Source of the DNA: the human T2T-CHM13v2.0 reference genome, Homo sapiens
Direction: 5' to 3'
Length of the DNA: 64,000 nt
Assembly (NCBI GenBank): GCA_009914755.4
Contig: CP086569.2
Location: 12,832,001 to 12,896,000 of the forward strand
The notes beneath the pieces were generated by a model. It was given only the letters and a program-made list of their open reading frames with translations. It did no database searches and had not been told where the DNA came from. Both the position numbers and the translations under genes were made by a program. Of this stretch, positions 42,980 through 55,850 are shown piece by piece (within the stretch, counting starts at the first letter, position 1; every line of letters begins with the position of its first letter).

Positions 42980-45900
42980 GAATTCTGAAGTGTAAAAAGG
43001 ACAAAGCTTATGAAGGCGGTCAGTTGTGTGCAATGTGCTTCAGTCCAAAGAAGTTGTACAAACATGAGATTCACAAGCTGAAGGACCTGACTTGTCTGAA
43101 GCCTTCCATAGAGTCTCCTCTGAGACAGAACAGGAGCAGGAGTATTGAGGAGGAGCAAAAACAAGAAGAGAATGGTGACAGCCAGCTCATCCTGGAGAAA
43201 ATCCAACTTCCCCAGTGGAGCATCTCTTTGAATATGACTGATGAGCACGGGAACCTGGTGAACTTGGTGTGTGACATCAAGAAACCAATGGATGTGTACA
43301 AAATTCACTTGAACCAAACAGATCCTCCAGATATTGACATAAATGCAATGGTTGCCTTGGACTTTGAGTATCCAATGACCCAGGAAAACTATGAAAATCT
43401 ATGGAAATTGATAGCATACTACAGTGAAGTTCCCATGAAGCTACACAGAGAGCTCATGCTCAGCAAACACCCCAGAGTCAGCTACCAGTACAGGCAAGAT
43501 GCCGATGAAGAAGCTCTTTACTACACAGGTGTGAGAGCCCAGATTCTTGCAGAACCAGAATGGATCATGCAGCCATCCATAGATATCCAGCTGAACCGAC
43601 CTCAGAGTACGGCCAAGAAGGTGCTACTTTCCTACTACAACCAGTATTCTCAAACAATAGCCACCAAAGATACAAGGCAGGCTCGGGGCAGAAGCTGGGT
43701 AATGATTGAGCCTAGTAGAGCTGTGCAAAAAGATCAGACTGTCCTGGAAGGGGGTCGATGCCAGTTGAGCTGCAATGTGAAAGCTTCTGAGAGTCCATCT
43801 ATCTTCTGGGTGCTTCCAGATGGCTCCATCCTGAAAGTGCCTGTGGATGACCCAGACAGCAAGTTCTCCATTCTCAGCAGTGGCTGGCTGAGGATCAAGT
43901 CCATGGAGCCATCTGACTCGGGCTTGTACCAGTGCATTGCTCAAGTGAGGGATGAAATGGACCGCATGGTATATAGGGTACTTGTGCAGTCTCCCTCCAC
44001 TCAGCCAGCCGAGAAAGACACAGTGACAATTGGCAAGAACCCAGGGGAGCCAGTGATGTTGCCTTGCAATGCTTTAGCTATACCCGAAGCCCACCTTAGC
44101 TGGATTCTTCCAAACAGAAGGATAATTAATGATTTGGCTAACACATCACATGTATACATGCTGCCAAATGGAACTCTTTCCATCCCAAAGGTCCAAGTCA
44201 GTGACAGTGGTTACCACAGATGTGTGGCTGTCAACCAGCATGGGGCAGACCATATCACGGTGGGAATCACAGTGACCAAGAAAGGTTCTGGCTCGCCATC
44301 CAAAAGAGGCAGATGGCCAGGTCCAAAGGCTCTTTCCAGATGAGAGAAGACATCGTGGAGGATGAAGGGGTCTCAGGCACGGGAGATGAAGAGAACACTT
44401 CAAGGAGACTTCTACATCCAAAGCACCAAGAGGCGTTCCTCAAAACAAAGGATGATGCCATCAATGGAGATAAGAAAGCCAAGAAAGGGAGAAGAAAGCT
44501 GAAACTCTGGAAGCATTCAGAAAAAGAACCAGAGACCAGTGTTGCAGAAGATCTCAGAGTGTTTGAATCAAGACGAAGGATAAACGTGGCAAACAAACAG
44601 ATTAATCCGGAGCACTGGGCTGATATTTTAGCCAAAGTCTTTGGGAAAAATCTCCCTACAGGCACAGAAGTATCCCCAATTATTAAAACCACAAGTTCTC
44701 CATTCTTGAGCCTAGTAGTCACACCACCTTTGCCTGCTGTTTCTCCCCCCTTGGCATCTCCAATACAGACAGCAACAAGTGCTGAAGAATCCTCAGCAGA
44801 TGTACCTCTACTCAGCGAAGGAAAGCACATTTTGAGTACCATTTCCTCAGCCAGCATGGGACTAGAACACCACAACAATGGAGTTATTCTTGTTGAACCT
44901 GAAGTAACAAGCACACCTCTGGAAGAAGTTGTTGATGAGTATTCCAAGAAGACTGAGGAGATGACTTCCACTGAAGGCGACCTGAAGGGGACTGCAGCCT
45001 CTACACTTATATCTGAGCCTTATGAACAATCTCCTACTCTACACACCTTAGACACAGTCTATGAAGAGCCCACCCATGAAGAGACGGAAACAGAGGGTTG
45101 GTCTGCAGCAGATGTTGGATCCTCACCAGATCCCACATCCAGTGAGTATGAGCTTCCATTGGTTGTTGTCTCCTTGGCTGAGTCTAAGCCTGTGCAATAC
45201 TTTGACCCAGATTTGGAGACTAATTCACAACCACATGAGGATAACATAAAAGAATACAGTTTTGCACACCTTACTCCAACCGCCATCATCTGGTTTAATG
45301 ACTCTAGTACATCACTGTCATTTGAGGATTCTACTGTAGGGGAACAAGGTGTCCCAGGCAAATCACATCTACAAGGACCGACAGAGAACATCCAGCTTGT
45401 GAAAAGTAGTTTTAGCACTCAAGACACCTTATTGATTAAAAAAGGTATGAAAGAGATGTCTCAGACACTACAGGGAGGAAATATGCTAGAGGGAGACCCT
45501 ACACACTCCAGAAGTTCTGAGAATGAGGGCCAAGAGAGCAAATCCATCACTTTACCTGACTCCACACTGGGTATAACGAGCAGTACGTCTCCAGTTAAGA
45601 AGCCTGCGGAAACCACAGTTGTCACCCTGCTACACAAAGACACCACAACAGAAACAACTCCAAGGCAAAAAGTGGCTTCATCATCCACCATGAGCACTCA
45701 CCCTTCTCGAAGGAGACCCAATGGGAGAAAATTACACCCTCACAAATTCCACCACCGGCACAAGCAAACCCCACCCACAACTTTTGCTCCATTAGAGACT
45801 TTTTCTACTCAACCAACTCAAGCAACTGACATTAAGATTTCAAATCAAATGGAGAGTTCTCTGGTTCCTACATCTTGGGAGATTAACACAGTTAATACCC

Positions 45901-47937
45901 CCAAACAGCTGGAAATGGAGAAGAATGTAGAGCTCATATCAAAGGGAACTCCACGGAGAAAACACGGGAAGAGGCCAAACAAACATCGATATACCCCTTC
46001 TACAGTGAGTTCAAGAGCATCTGCATCCAAGCCCAGCCCTTCTCCAGAAAATAAACATAGAAACATTGTTACTCCCAGTTCAGAAACTACACTTTTGCCT
46101 AGAAATGTTTCTCTGAAAACTGAGGGCGTTTATGATTCCTTAGATTACACGACAACCACCAGAAAAATACATTCATCTCACCATAAAGTCCAAGACACAC
46201 TTCCAGTCATGTATAAACCCACATCAGATGGAAAAGAAATTCAGGATGATGTTGCCACAAATGTTGACAAACATAAAAGTGACATTTTAGTCCCTGGTGA
46301 GTCAATTACAAATGTCACACAAACTTCTCGCTCCTTGGTCTCCACTATGGGAGAATTTAAGGAAGAATCCTCTCCTGTGGGCTTTCCAGGAATTCCAACC
46401 TGGAATCCCTCAAGGAAAGCTCAGCCTGGGAGGCTACAGACAGACATACATGTTACCACTTCTGGGGAAACCCCTACAGACCCTCCCCTTGTTAACGAGC
46501 TTGAGGATGTGGATTTTACTTCTGAGTTTTTGTCCTCTGTGACAGTCTCCACACCATTTCACCAGGAAGAAGCTGGTTTTTCCACAATTCTCTCAAGCAT
46601 AAAAGTGGAGATGGCTTCAAGTCAGGTAGAAACTACCACCCTTGGTCAAGATCATCATGAAACCACTGTGGCTATTCTCCACTCTGAAACTAGACCACAG
46701 AATCACATCCTTACTGCTGCCTGGATGAAGGAGCCAGCATCTTTGTCCCCTCCCATGATTCTCCTGTCTTTGGGACAAACCACCACCACTAAGCCAGAAC
46801 TTCTCAGTCCAAGAACATCTCAAATATGTAAAGATTCCAAGGAAAATGTTTTCTTGAATTACATGGGGAATCCAGAAACAGAAGCAACCCCAGTGAAAAA
46901 TGAAGGAACACAGCGTATGTCAGGGCCAAATGAATTATCAACACCATCTTCTGACCACGATGCATTTAACTTGTCTACAAAGCTAGAATTGGAAAAGCAA
47001 GTATTTGATAGTAGGAGTCTAACACGTGGCCCAGATAGCCACCACCAGGATGGAAGAGTTCATGCTTCTCATCAACTAACCAGAATCCCTGCCAAACCCA
47101 TCCTACCAACAGGAACAGTGAGGCTGCCTGAAATGTCCACACAAAGCACTTCCAGATACTTTGTAACTTTCCAGCCACCTCATCACGGGACCAACAAACC
47201 AGAAATAACTACATATCCTTCTAGGGCTTTGCCAGAGAGCAAACAGTTTACAACTCCAAGAGTAGCAAGTACAACTCCTCTCCTATCACACATGTCCAAA
47301 CCCAGCATTTCTAGTAAGTTTGCTGACCTAAGAACTGACCAATCCAATGGCTCCTACAAAGTGTTTGGAAATAGCAACATCCCTGAGGCAAGAAACTCAG
47401 TTGGAAAGCCTCTCAGTCCAAGAATTTATCATTATTCCAATGGAAGACTCCCTTTCTTTACCAACAGGACTCTTTCTTTTTCACAGTTGGGAGTCACCCG
47501 GAGACCCCAGATACCCTCTTCTCCTGTCCCAGTAATGAGAGAGAGAAAAGTTAATCCAGGTTCCTACAATAGGATATATTCCCATAGCACCTTCCATCTG
47601 GACTTTGGCCTTCCAGCACCTCCACTGTTGCACACTCCATGGACCATGGTATCACCCCCAACTAACTTACAGAATATCCCTATGGTCTCATCCACCCAGA
47701 GTTCTGTCTCCTTTATAACATCTTCTGTCCAGTCCTCAGGAAGCATCCACCAAAGCGGCTCAAAGTTCTTTGCAGGAGGACCGCCTGCATCCAAATTCTG
47801 GCCTCTTGGGGAAAAGCCCCAAATCCTCACCAAGTCCCCACAGACTGTGTCTGTCACTGCTGAAACGGACGCTGTGTTCCCGTGTGAGGCAATAGGAAAA
47901 CCAAAGCCTTTCGTTACTTGGACAAAAGTTTCCACAT
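42980..47937 (+). pseudogene. MXRA5Y: MXRA5-like giant exon (~4.96 kb): LRR C-cap, Ig-like domains, long Ser/Thr/Pro-rich linker, further Ig domain start; carries a 1-bp frameshift at ~44340 and an aberrant 3' junction
   Basis: Acceptor ttgttttag|gaattctgaag. ORFs 42955-44343 (frame +1) and 44220-48011 (frame +0) are one continuous MXRA5/adlican-type protein (..GILKCKKDKAYEGGQLCAMCFSPKKL.., Ig motifs LSCNVKASESPSIFW..YQCIAQ, LPCNALAIPEAHLSW..YHRCVAV, then ..MREDIVEDEG..KKAKKGRRKLKLWKHSEKEPE.. mucin-like linker, ..VTAETDAVFPCEAIGKPKPFVTWTKVST). The frame switches within 44320-44345. The exon ends CAT|gtaag. Confidence 0.8.
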
Positions 47938-48119
47938 GTAAGATTTTTAAGCATCTACTCTTTTTTGGGTCAATTTTTATTTTATTGGCTAGCAATATTA
48001 CAATACACTAAAAGAGCATGAGGTACAAAACATAAACACGTTAGGAGAAATATTTACAACAAATTTGGGGAATTTTTTTTTACTTGAAGAAGTGTTTATT
48101 TTTATAATTTCAGCTTTTA

Positions 48120-48350
48120 TTTTAGATGCAGGGGGGAACACGTGCAGGTTTCTCACATGGGTATATTGTATGATGCTGAGGTTTGGGGCACAAATGATCC
48201 CATTACCCAGGTAGTGAGCATAGCATCCAATAGGTGGATTTTCAGCCCTTGCTACCCCTCCCTGTCTCCTCTAGTAGCCCCAAGTATCCATTTTTCCTAT
48301 CTTTATGTCCATGTGTACCCAATCTACACTTCAACCAGAGTGTAGGAGAA
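48120..48350 (-). mobile_element. L1 fragment (antisense 3' region, older subfamily)
   Basis: cacgtgcaggtttctcacatgggtatattgtatgatgctgaggtttggggcacaaatgatcccattacccaggtagtgagcatagcatccaatagg..cccaagtatccatttttcc. Confidence 0.6.
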
Positions 48351-51300
48351 AGTTACTGGAGTCTTACTTTAGGCACAACCAGAAACTCAGAAAATAAGGA
48401 ATTGGTAGGATGAGAGGAGTCATCTGAAATCTTAAATCTAAGCATGTTTCTTTGCAGGGACAGGAAGTGAGGAACTAGAATGGATGTGAGATTTTAATGG
48501 AGCCATGGAAATATCTAATAAGTCCTTTGGATGGAGAATAACCCAGGTTTGAAATATTCCATAAGAGAGACTCTCACTTTTTTCAGTTGGCTCCAATACA
48601 AATGCCTTCAACCACCATCTGAGGGCAGAGTGGATATGAGACGTGGTCTGTAAATCCCCCTTGCCCTTTTACCAGCTTGCAAAGGTAAACCCAGCTTGGT
48701 CAGAGATCAGGTTATAGTCTTCTAAGTGCTAATCAGGTGCTTCTTTGACTTGAACCTAGACCCAGGGTTATGTTAATCAGCTTGGGCTGCCATGACAAAG
48801 TACCACTAACTGGGCAGTTTAAGTAGCAGATAGTTATTTTCTCACAATTGCAGATTTTGGAAGTCCAAGATCAAGGTGTTGGCAAGATTAGTTCCTTGTG
48901 AGGCCTCTCTCCTTGGTGTGTAGTTGCCGTCTTCTTCCTATGTCATACATGATCCAACTTCTGTTTGTCTGGATTCTAATGTCTTCTTATAAAGATACCA
49001 GTTCTATCAGATTAGAGACCATCCTATTGACCTCATTTAACCTTAATCACCTTGGTAAAGATCCTATCTCCAGTCATATTTTGAGTTCCTGGGGGATAGG
49101 ACTTTAATATATAAATTTGGGGGGACACATTTCAGCCCATAAAAATGGTTTATACTTGGAATCCTGAGACAGACATTCAAAGAGCAGCTGGCTTCCTAAA
49201 TTGACCATCTGCTTTCTCTGAATGACAGAACAGTTTCTAGGTTACAGAAGAAAATAAAACCAGAGAATCACAACCTGGACAAAAGAGCATCTTTTTCTCC
49301 TTTCTCTTTCCTTCTCTCTCAACACAAATGTATCTTCAGCCCTGGATTCTGATCAGAGGATTGTGTGTATGTGTGTCTGTGTCTATGAGTGTTTTGCCTT
49401 CATTTCGATAATACAAAATGATTTATGCTGCTAGCACTTAGCTGTACTTTCTTTGTACTGCTTTATCTCCCAAATGTTGGAAGTTTTCCAGAGGTTCACA
49501 GAGACTCTGAGCCTAGGGCAATTGTTTACTTCTTTGATAAGCTTAGCACTTGAAGTCATAGGTTTTCATAATTTCATAATGAATTTTGCTGGAAGTGGAA
49601 AATGAGGGACACCATGGGTTATTTATTCCAAAAGGGTTATGTCCTTGAAGGAACCCATTCTCCTTCTGGGAATCCCATTTATATAAATCCTTAGGTTCCT
49701 TCACACCCTATGCCATTTCAGAGCATCTTTGAACTTTGCCCCTGCACCAGACATTCATGCACATTTTTCTTCTACATTTCCTGGAATCAGCTCTCAATGC
49801 TGGCTGCTCATTTGTTAGCTAGCTCTTGTTTTTAGACAAAAGCTATTTCTCTCAATGGATGGCCAAATGAGATTTGCTCACATCCAAAAGTGTTGTAATT
49901 GCATGTTGTGGAACTACATGGCATGGATTTATCATGCCTTTGTTTTCAGATAAACTAATCTCTTTTATTGAGGCATCAGAGAAAAATGGAAGGCACTTTA
50001 AAATTGCCCCAGGAGGTGTAAGAATAATTGGCAGGAGGTTTCAGTGGTCCTTCCCTTGCATCCAAAACCAAATGAAAGACAGGCACTCTTGTACCTCTGC
50101 GTCATAAAATGCCTCAGTGGGGAGGTGGGACTCCATAAGTGAGGGTCAGCAGGTTGGTGTCCATGACCATGCCCATGGTCACCTGTCATTCGGGAGGGCT
50201 CAACCACAAAGCTAGGTGGGATCTTAGCTGCATTGCCTGAAAAGTAGGGAGATTATATCAGCACTAAGCAATACCTGCTCTCTAAGACCTGGTGGGCTGG
50301 GCAGACTCAACGGGCTGCTGATCCTGGTTTTGGAGGGGACAGCTGTGGTCTTGGCTGCTTCTGTAAACACACCAGAGTAGTGACCTTTTATCAATGTCTG
50401 TTCTGTGTTGGAATAATCCATCCACTATGAAATTATTTTCATAGTGAGAGCAAGTAATTTTGCAGGTGTGTGACCACCAGATGCTTTGTCAGAGTATGAG
50501 TTCCCCTTGAGGATGGAAATGATGACGAGCTTGCAGGATTTGAAAGCTTCATCCAAAGGATGAACTCCAATATTAGAGAAAGTTATTAGTAAAACAGTTG
50601 GAGGCACTGGTCAGAATGAAGTGAATGGCACACAGGACAAGTCCAGACCCAGGAAGGTCCAGTAACATGGGAGAAGAACGGAAGGAGTTCTAAAATTCAG
50701 GGCTCCCTTGGGCTCCCCTGTTTAAAAATGTAGGTTTTATTATTATATTTCATTGTTAACAAAAGTCCATGAGATCTGTGGAGGATAAAGGGGGAGCTGT
50801 ATTTTCCATTAAAAAAAAAAAAAAAAAGAAAACAGTTTCCAGATTAGGTGGACCTAGCCTTCAGTGCAAGTAAAAAGTGCTCTCTGAAGAACAAAGGAAG
50901 TAGAGACAGTTCCTGCACTGGCTCCCAATCAAGTCCATTTACACAAATTAGGAATTCAAATATGTTTAGTTCTGACTGGTCAAAATAGTTGAGCCCCGAT
51001 TGGGTGATTTCCAAGCCCCAAACTGGAAGTCTCTGGCAAGTTGTTTGTCAAGAGATACTGCTCTGAGAACAAACAGCATTTGACAGCTGTTCTCTCCTCC
51101 TGCCACGGTTGCTTGGTTCTGTTTTGTAAATTTGCGGATCTCTATCAGTCACAGGGGTTCCATGTTATGAGAGCTTGAGGTCTCATTTACAGTTTCATTG
51201 CATGCCTGTATGGTTAGGCCAAGTGATCAGCAGATGACTGCCATTAAAAAGATAGTTTGTTACTCAGTTACCAGGACAGAGTAAAACACATCATGCAGGG

Positions 51301-51984
51301 CCACAGAGGGAAGCACCAGGTTTGGTTAGGAAGCAGAGAGATAGGAAGAAAGTGTGGGCAAGCACCTTTTTTTGTAGTTTCTATGGGAAGAAACAGGCGC
51401 GGCTTAGAATTGAGTATTTTGAAAAATGTCAGCAGGCTCTGGAGCACATGGGGCTGTCCCTAGTTGTATGTTACCTGACCCTGGGATAGTTAAGGCTAGA
51501 GGATAGTGACCTGGAATCAGACAGCCCAATAAAGGAGGTGGTTAGGGTGTGGTCTCTGGATTGATTGGTTTGCATATGCAAGCTGCACTCACAGGTGTGT
51601 AGTTTGCTATCTCTAGTGATTATCTAGCTTTGGGAGGGGTAGTTTCCCCAGGGTCAGCAAAACCCCAGATGACAGAGCATCAGAAACACACAATTAATAC
51701 AGAGCCTGATGATTGCAGTCTTAGGAGGTCAAACAGAGTGTGAAATATAGAGAGTATAGAGAGTGGAGAGAAATAAGGACCTATGTCCCATAACTCCACC
51801 CACTGGCTAGAGTGGTGAGAGGTCAGATGTCACTGAGAAGCCTGAATTCATGCTCAACTCAAGTGGGGAATGACCCCATCATGACCCCGACCCCATCAGT
51901 CTAACCAATCTACCTTATTTTCTTTTCTGTCTGTTTTCTTTTCTTTTTTTACTTCTCTCTCTCTTTCCTTTTATTATTATTATT

Positions 51985-52262
<278 letters not shown>

Positions 52263-52639
52263 TTTCTTGTGGACTCAAGGGCCTCTCTGGGCAGGGGGGC
52301 TGGCCACTACAAGCCTGGGATGCCCATGCAACCAGCTAGCCCAAGGAGTTCAGGAGAATAGCATAAGCATGAATAAATAAGGGAGAGGCTGTGTCTCTAG
52401 TAATTGAGCTTGTGGAATCTTAGCTCACCTTGGAAGTGGCTAGGACTCATGCCTGCTTCCAGAATTCTCTATAAAACCCACATTTGCCCTCTTTTGCTTG
52501 AGAATGGCCTTGTTTCTGGGACTAGTATAAAAATGAAAAAGAAAAACAAAACATTATTTTTCTCTATCCTTTTTTTAAAGAGCATATTTATTTCATATGT
52601 GTGTGATGACAAAAAATCTACTCTCAACAATTTTCAAAT

Positions 52640-53340
52640 ATAAACTAAATTGTTATTAACTATAGTTGCCATGAGTATAACATCACTTAAGCATATTCCT
52701 CCTAACTGAACTTTACATTCTTTAATTAATAGCTTCCCCTTTCTCCTACCCCCAGTCCCTGGTAACCCCCATTCCACTATCTGTTTCTTCTTCTATGAGT
52801 TCAACTTTCTTCCATTGCACATATAAGTGAGATCATGCAGTATTTGTCTTTCTGTGCCTGGTTTATTTCACTTAACCTAATATCCTCCAGGTTCATTTAT
52901 GTTGTGGCAAATGACAGAATTTCCTTTAAAAAAAAAAGACATAATGGTATTTCATTGTGCATATATACTGCATTTTCTTTATCCATTCATTTATTGATGG
53001 ACACTTAGCTGAATTCTGAATCTTGGCTATTGTGAATAGCACTGTTATAAACACGGAAGTGCAGATGTCTCATAAACAAACTGACATCATTTCCTTTGGA
53101 TAAATACCCAGTAGTGGGATTGCTAGACCATAGGCAGCTCTATTGTTAGTTTTATGAGGAACCTCCATGCTGTTTTCCACAGTGGCTGTACCAATTTACA
53201 TTCTCACCAACAGTGTACGAGGGTGCCCATTTCTCCACATCTTCACCAGTGTCTGTTGTTTTTGGTCTTTTTGACAATAGCCATTCCAGCAGGCATGAGG
53301 TGATAGCTCAGTTTTACATTTCTTTAATGGTTAGGACAAA
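52640..53340 (-). mobile_element. Old L1 (L1M-type) 3'-region fragment, antisense
   Basis: ..cattgcacatataagtgagatcatgcagtatttgtctttctgtgcctggtttatttcacttaacctaatatcctccaggttcat..cattcatttattgatggacacttagctgaattctgaatcttggctattgtgaatagcactg..cccagtagtgggattgctagacc..ttctcaccaacagtgtacgagggtgcccatttctccacatcttcaccag. Confidence 0.75.
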
Positions 53341-53347
53341 AACAATC

Positions 53348-53640
53348 TGGGTGTGATGGCTCACATCTCTAATCCCAGCCCTCTGGGTAGCCAAGACAGA
53401 GAATCAATTGAGGCCAGACGTTCAAGAGCAGCCCGGGCAAAAAGTAAGACCATGTCTCTACAAAAAAAAAATAATAATAAAAAAAGAAAAAAAAATGGTT
53501 TTAATTATCCAGGACTGGTGGCCTGCACATGTAGTCCCAGCTACTTAGAAGGCTGAGTCCAGGAGGTTGAGACTGCAGTGGGCTATGATTGTACCTCTGC
53601 ACCCCCGCCTGGGAGACAGAGCAAAACCCTATCTCTAACA
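53348..53640 (+). mobile_element. Alu SINE
   Basis: ctgggtgtgatggctcacatctctaatcccagc..ggctgagtccaggaggttgagactgcagtgggctatgattgtacctctgcacccccgcctgggagacagagcaaaaccctatctc. Confidence 0.85.
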
Positions 53641-53811
53641 AATGAAATAAACATAAAAAAACTTTTAAAAACACTAAAACATTCTACCTTCTACACTTGC
53701 TTTTGCTGTCTGGGTGATAAAGTGGAGACTTAGATTAACTAATATTGCTCATTTGAGCATTATCAAGAAGGCACAGTTTATGCCAAAGCTTACTATGTTA
53801 ATTTTCTCCAG

Positions 53812-54797
53812 GAGTTCTTATGACTCCGAATACCAGGATACAACGGTTTGAGGTTCTCAAGAACGGTACCTTAGTGATAAGGAAGTTTCAAGTGCAAGAT
53901 CGAGGCCAGTATATGTGCACCGCCAGCAACCTGTACGGCCTGGACAGGATGGTGGTCTTTCTCTGGGTCACCGTGCAGCAACCTCAAATCCTAGCCTCCC
54001 ACTACCAGGACGTCACCGTCTACCTGGGAGACACCATTACAATGGAGTGTCTGGCGAAAGGGACCCCAGCCCCCCAAATTTCCTGGATCTTCCGTGACAG
54101 GAGGGTGTGGCAAACTCTGTCCTCCGTGGAGGGCCGGATCACCCTGCACCAAAACCGGACCCTTTCCATCAAGGAGGCGTCCTTCTCAGACAGAGGCGTC
54201 TATAAGTGCGTGGCCAGCAACGCAACCCGGGCGGACAGCGTGTCCATCCGCCTACACGTGGCGGCACTGCCCCCCATTATCCACCAGGAGAAGCTGTAGA
54301 ACATCTCGCTGCCCCCGGGGCTCAGCATTCACATTCACTGCACTGCCAAAGCTGCGCCCCTGCCCAGCGTGCTCTGGGTGCTCGGGGATGGTACCCAAAT
54401 CCGCCCCTCGCATTTCCTCCACCGGAACTTGTTTGTTTTCCCCAACGGGACGCTCTACATCTGCAACCTCGCGCCCAAGGACAGCGGGCGCTATGAGTGC
54501 GTGGCCGCCAACCTGATCGGCTCCGCGCGCAGTACGGTGCAGCTGAACGTGCAGCGCGCAGCAGCGAACGTGCAGCGCGCAGCAGCGAACGTGCAGCGCG
54601 CAGCAGCGAACGTGCAGCGCGCAGCAGCGAACGTGCAGCGCGCTGCGCGCCAACGCGCGCATCACGGGCACCTCCTCGCAGAGGACGGACGTCAGGTACG
54701 GAGGGACCCTCAAGCTGGACTGCAGCGCCTCGGGGGATCCCTGGCCGCGCATCCTCTGGAGGCTGCCGTCCAAGAGGACGATCGACGCGCTTTTCAG
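53812..54797 (+). pseudogene. MXRA5Y: MXRA5-like Ig-domain exon (3 I-set/C2 domains) with an in-frame TAG (54297-54299) and a frameshifting 21-bp tandem expansion (54546-54651); donor AG|gtaggc at 54798
   Basis: Acceptor ttttctccag|gagttc. ORF 53820-54299 (MTPNTRIQRFEVLKNGTLVIRKFQVQDRGQYMCTASN..LGDTITMECLAKGTPAPQISWIF..GVYKCVASN..HQEKL*) resumes in the same frame after the TAG (NISLPPGLSIHIHCTAKAAPLPSVLWVLGDGTQ..GRYECVAANLIGSARSTVQLNVQRAAAN). Downstream Ig sequence (NARITGTSSQRTDVRYGGTLKLDCSASGDPWPRILWRLPSKRTIDALF) is in a different frame. Confidence 0.8.
54546..54651 (+). repeat. Imperfect 21-bp tandem repeat (aacgtgcagcgcgcagcagcg, ~5 units) inside the coding exon; total length shifts the reading frame
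   Basis: NVQRAAA x5 in ORF 54369-54926 and ERAARSS x5 in ORF 54497-54856. Upstream Ig frame is pos mod 3 = 0 and downstream Ig frame is pos mod 3 = 1. Confidence 0.9.
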
Positions 54798-54921
54798 GTA
54801 GGCAGCTCCGCGTGGCTTCCGGTAAATCGCTGGGCTGGTGGCCCCAACGAATATAAGTCCTTGTTCAGGATGAATATGCACACACATTGGTCCCTGCGTG
54901 CGATAAAATTAAATGAAATTA

Positions 54922-55215
<294 letters not shown>

Positions 55216-55227
55216 AGTTAATTAATT

Positions 55228-55423
55228 AAGTTGAGACAGGGTGTTGCTCTGTCACCCAGACTGCAGTGCAGTGGTGCGATCATACCTCACTGCAGCCTCA
55301 AACTCCTGGGCTGAAGCGATCCCCTGAGTAGCTGGGATTACAGGTGTGCACCATGAGGCACGACTCTTCTTCTTCTTCTTCCTCTTCTCCTTCTTCTTCT
55401 TCCTCTTCTTCTTCTTTTCTTCT

Positions 55424-55459
<36 letters not shown>

Positions 55460-55850
55460 TTCTCCTTCTTCTTCTTCCTTTCTTCTTCCTCTTCTTCTTC
55501 TTTTCTTTCTTTCTTTTTCTTTCTTCTTCTTTCTTCTTCTTCCTCTTCTTTCTTCTTCTTTTCTTCTTTCTTCTTCTTCTCCTTCTTCTTCTTCTTCTTC
55601 TTCTTCTTCTTCTTCTTCTTCTTCTTCTTCTTCTTCTTCTTTCTTCTCTCTTCCTCTTCCTATTCTTCTTCTTCTTTCTTCCTCTTCCTCCTCTTCCTCT
55701 TCCTCTTCTTCTTCTTTCTTCAATTTATGTAGAGATGGGATCTGCTATGTTGCCAAGTATGATCTTGAACACTTAACCTCAAGCAGTCCTCCTGCCCTGA
55801 CCTACCAAAGTGCTGAGATGACAGGCTTGAGCCACCGCGCCTGACCCTGT
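55228..55850 (-). mobile_element. Alu SINE (antisense) whose central linker is expanded into a ~355-bp (TTC)n.(GAA)n tract (55365-55720)
   Basis: gagacagggtgttgctctgtcacccagactgcagtgcagtggtgcgatc..gctgggattacaggtgtgcaccatgaggcac-[cttcttcttc...]-atgtagagatgggatctgctatgttgcc..gtgctgagatgacaggcttgagccaccgcgcctgacc. The poly-Ser/Phe/Glu ORFs at 55298-55844 are translations of the triplet tract. Confidence 0.9.

Noticed and set aside
54546-54651. Regularly spaced 21-bp direct repeats; also the 60-bp x3 repeats at 33128-33310
   Set aside because: Considered for CRISPR-like architecture but rejected: there are no unique spacers (units are contiguous), the context is a eukaryotic protein-coding exon or intron, and the whole window is primate DNA.
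55298-55844. 141-166-aa ORFs that are poly-Ser/poly-Phe/poly-Glu-Lys
   Set aside because: Translations of the (TTC)n.(GAA)n tract inside an Alu in three frames and both strands; not coding.
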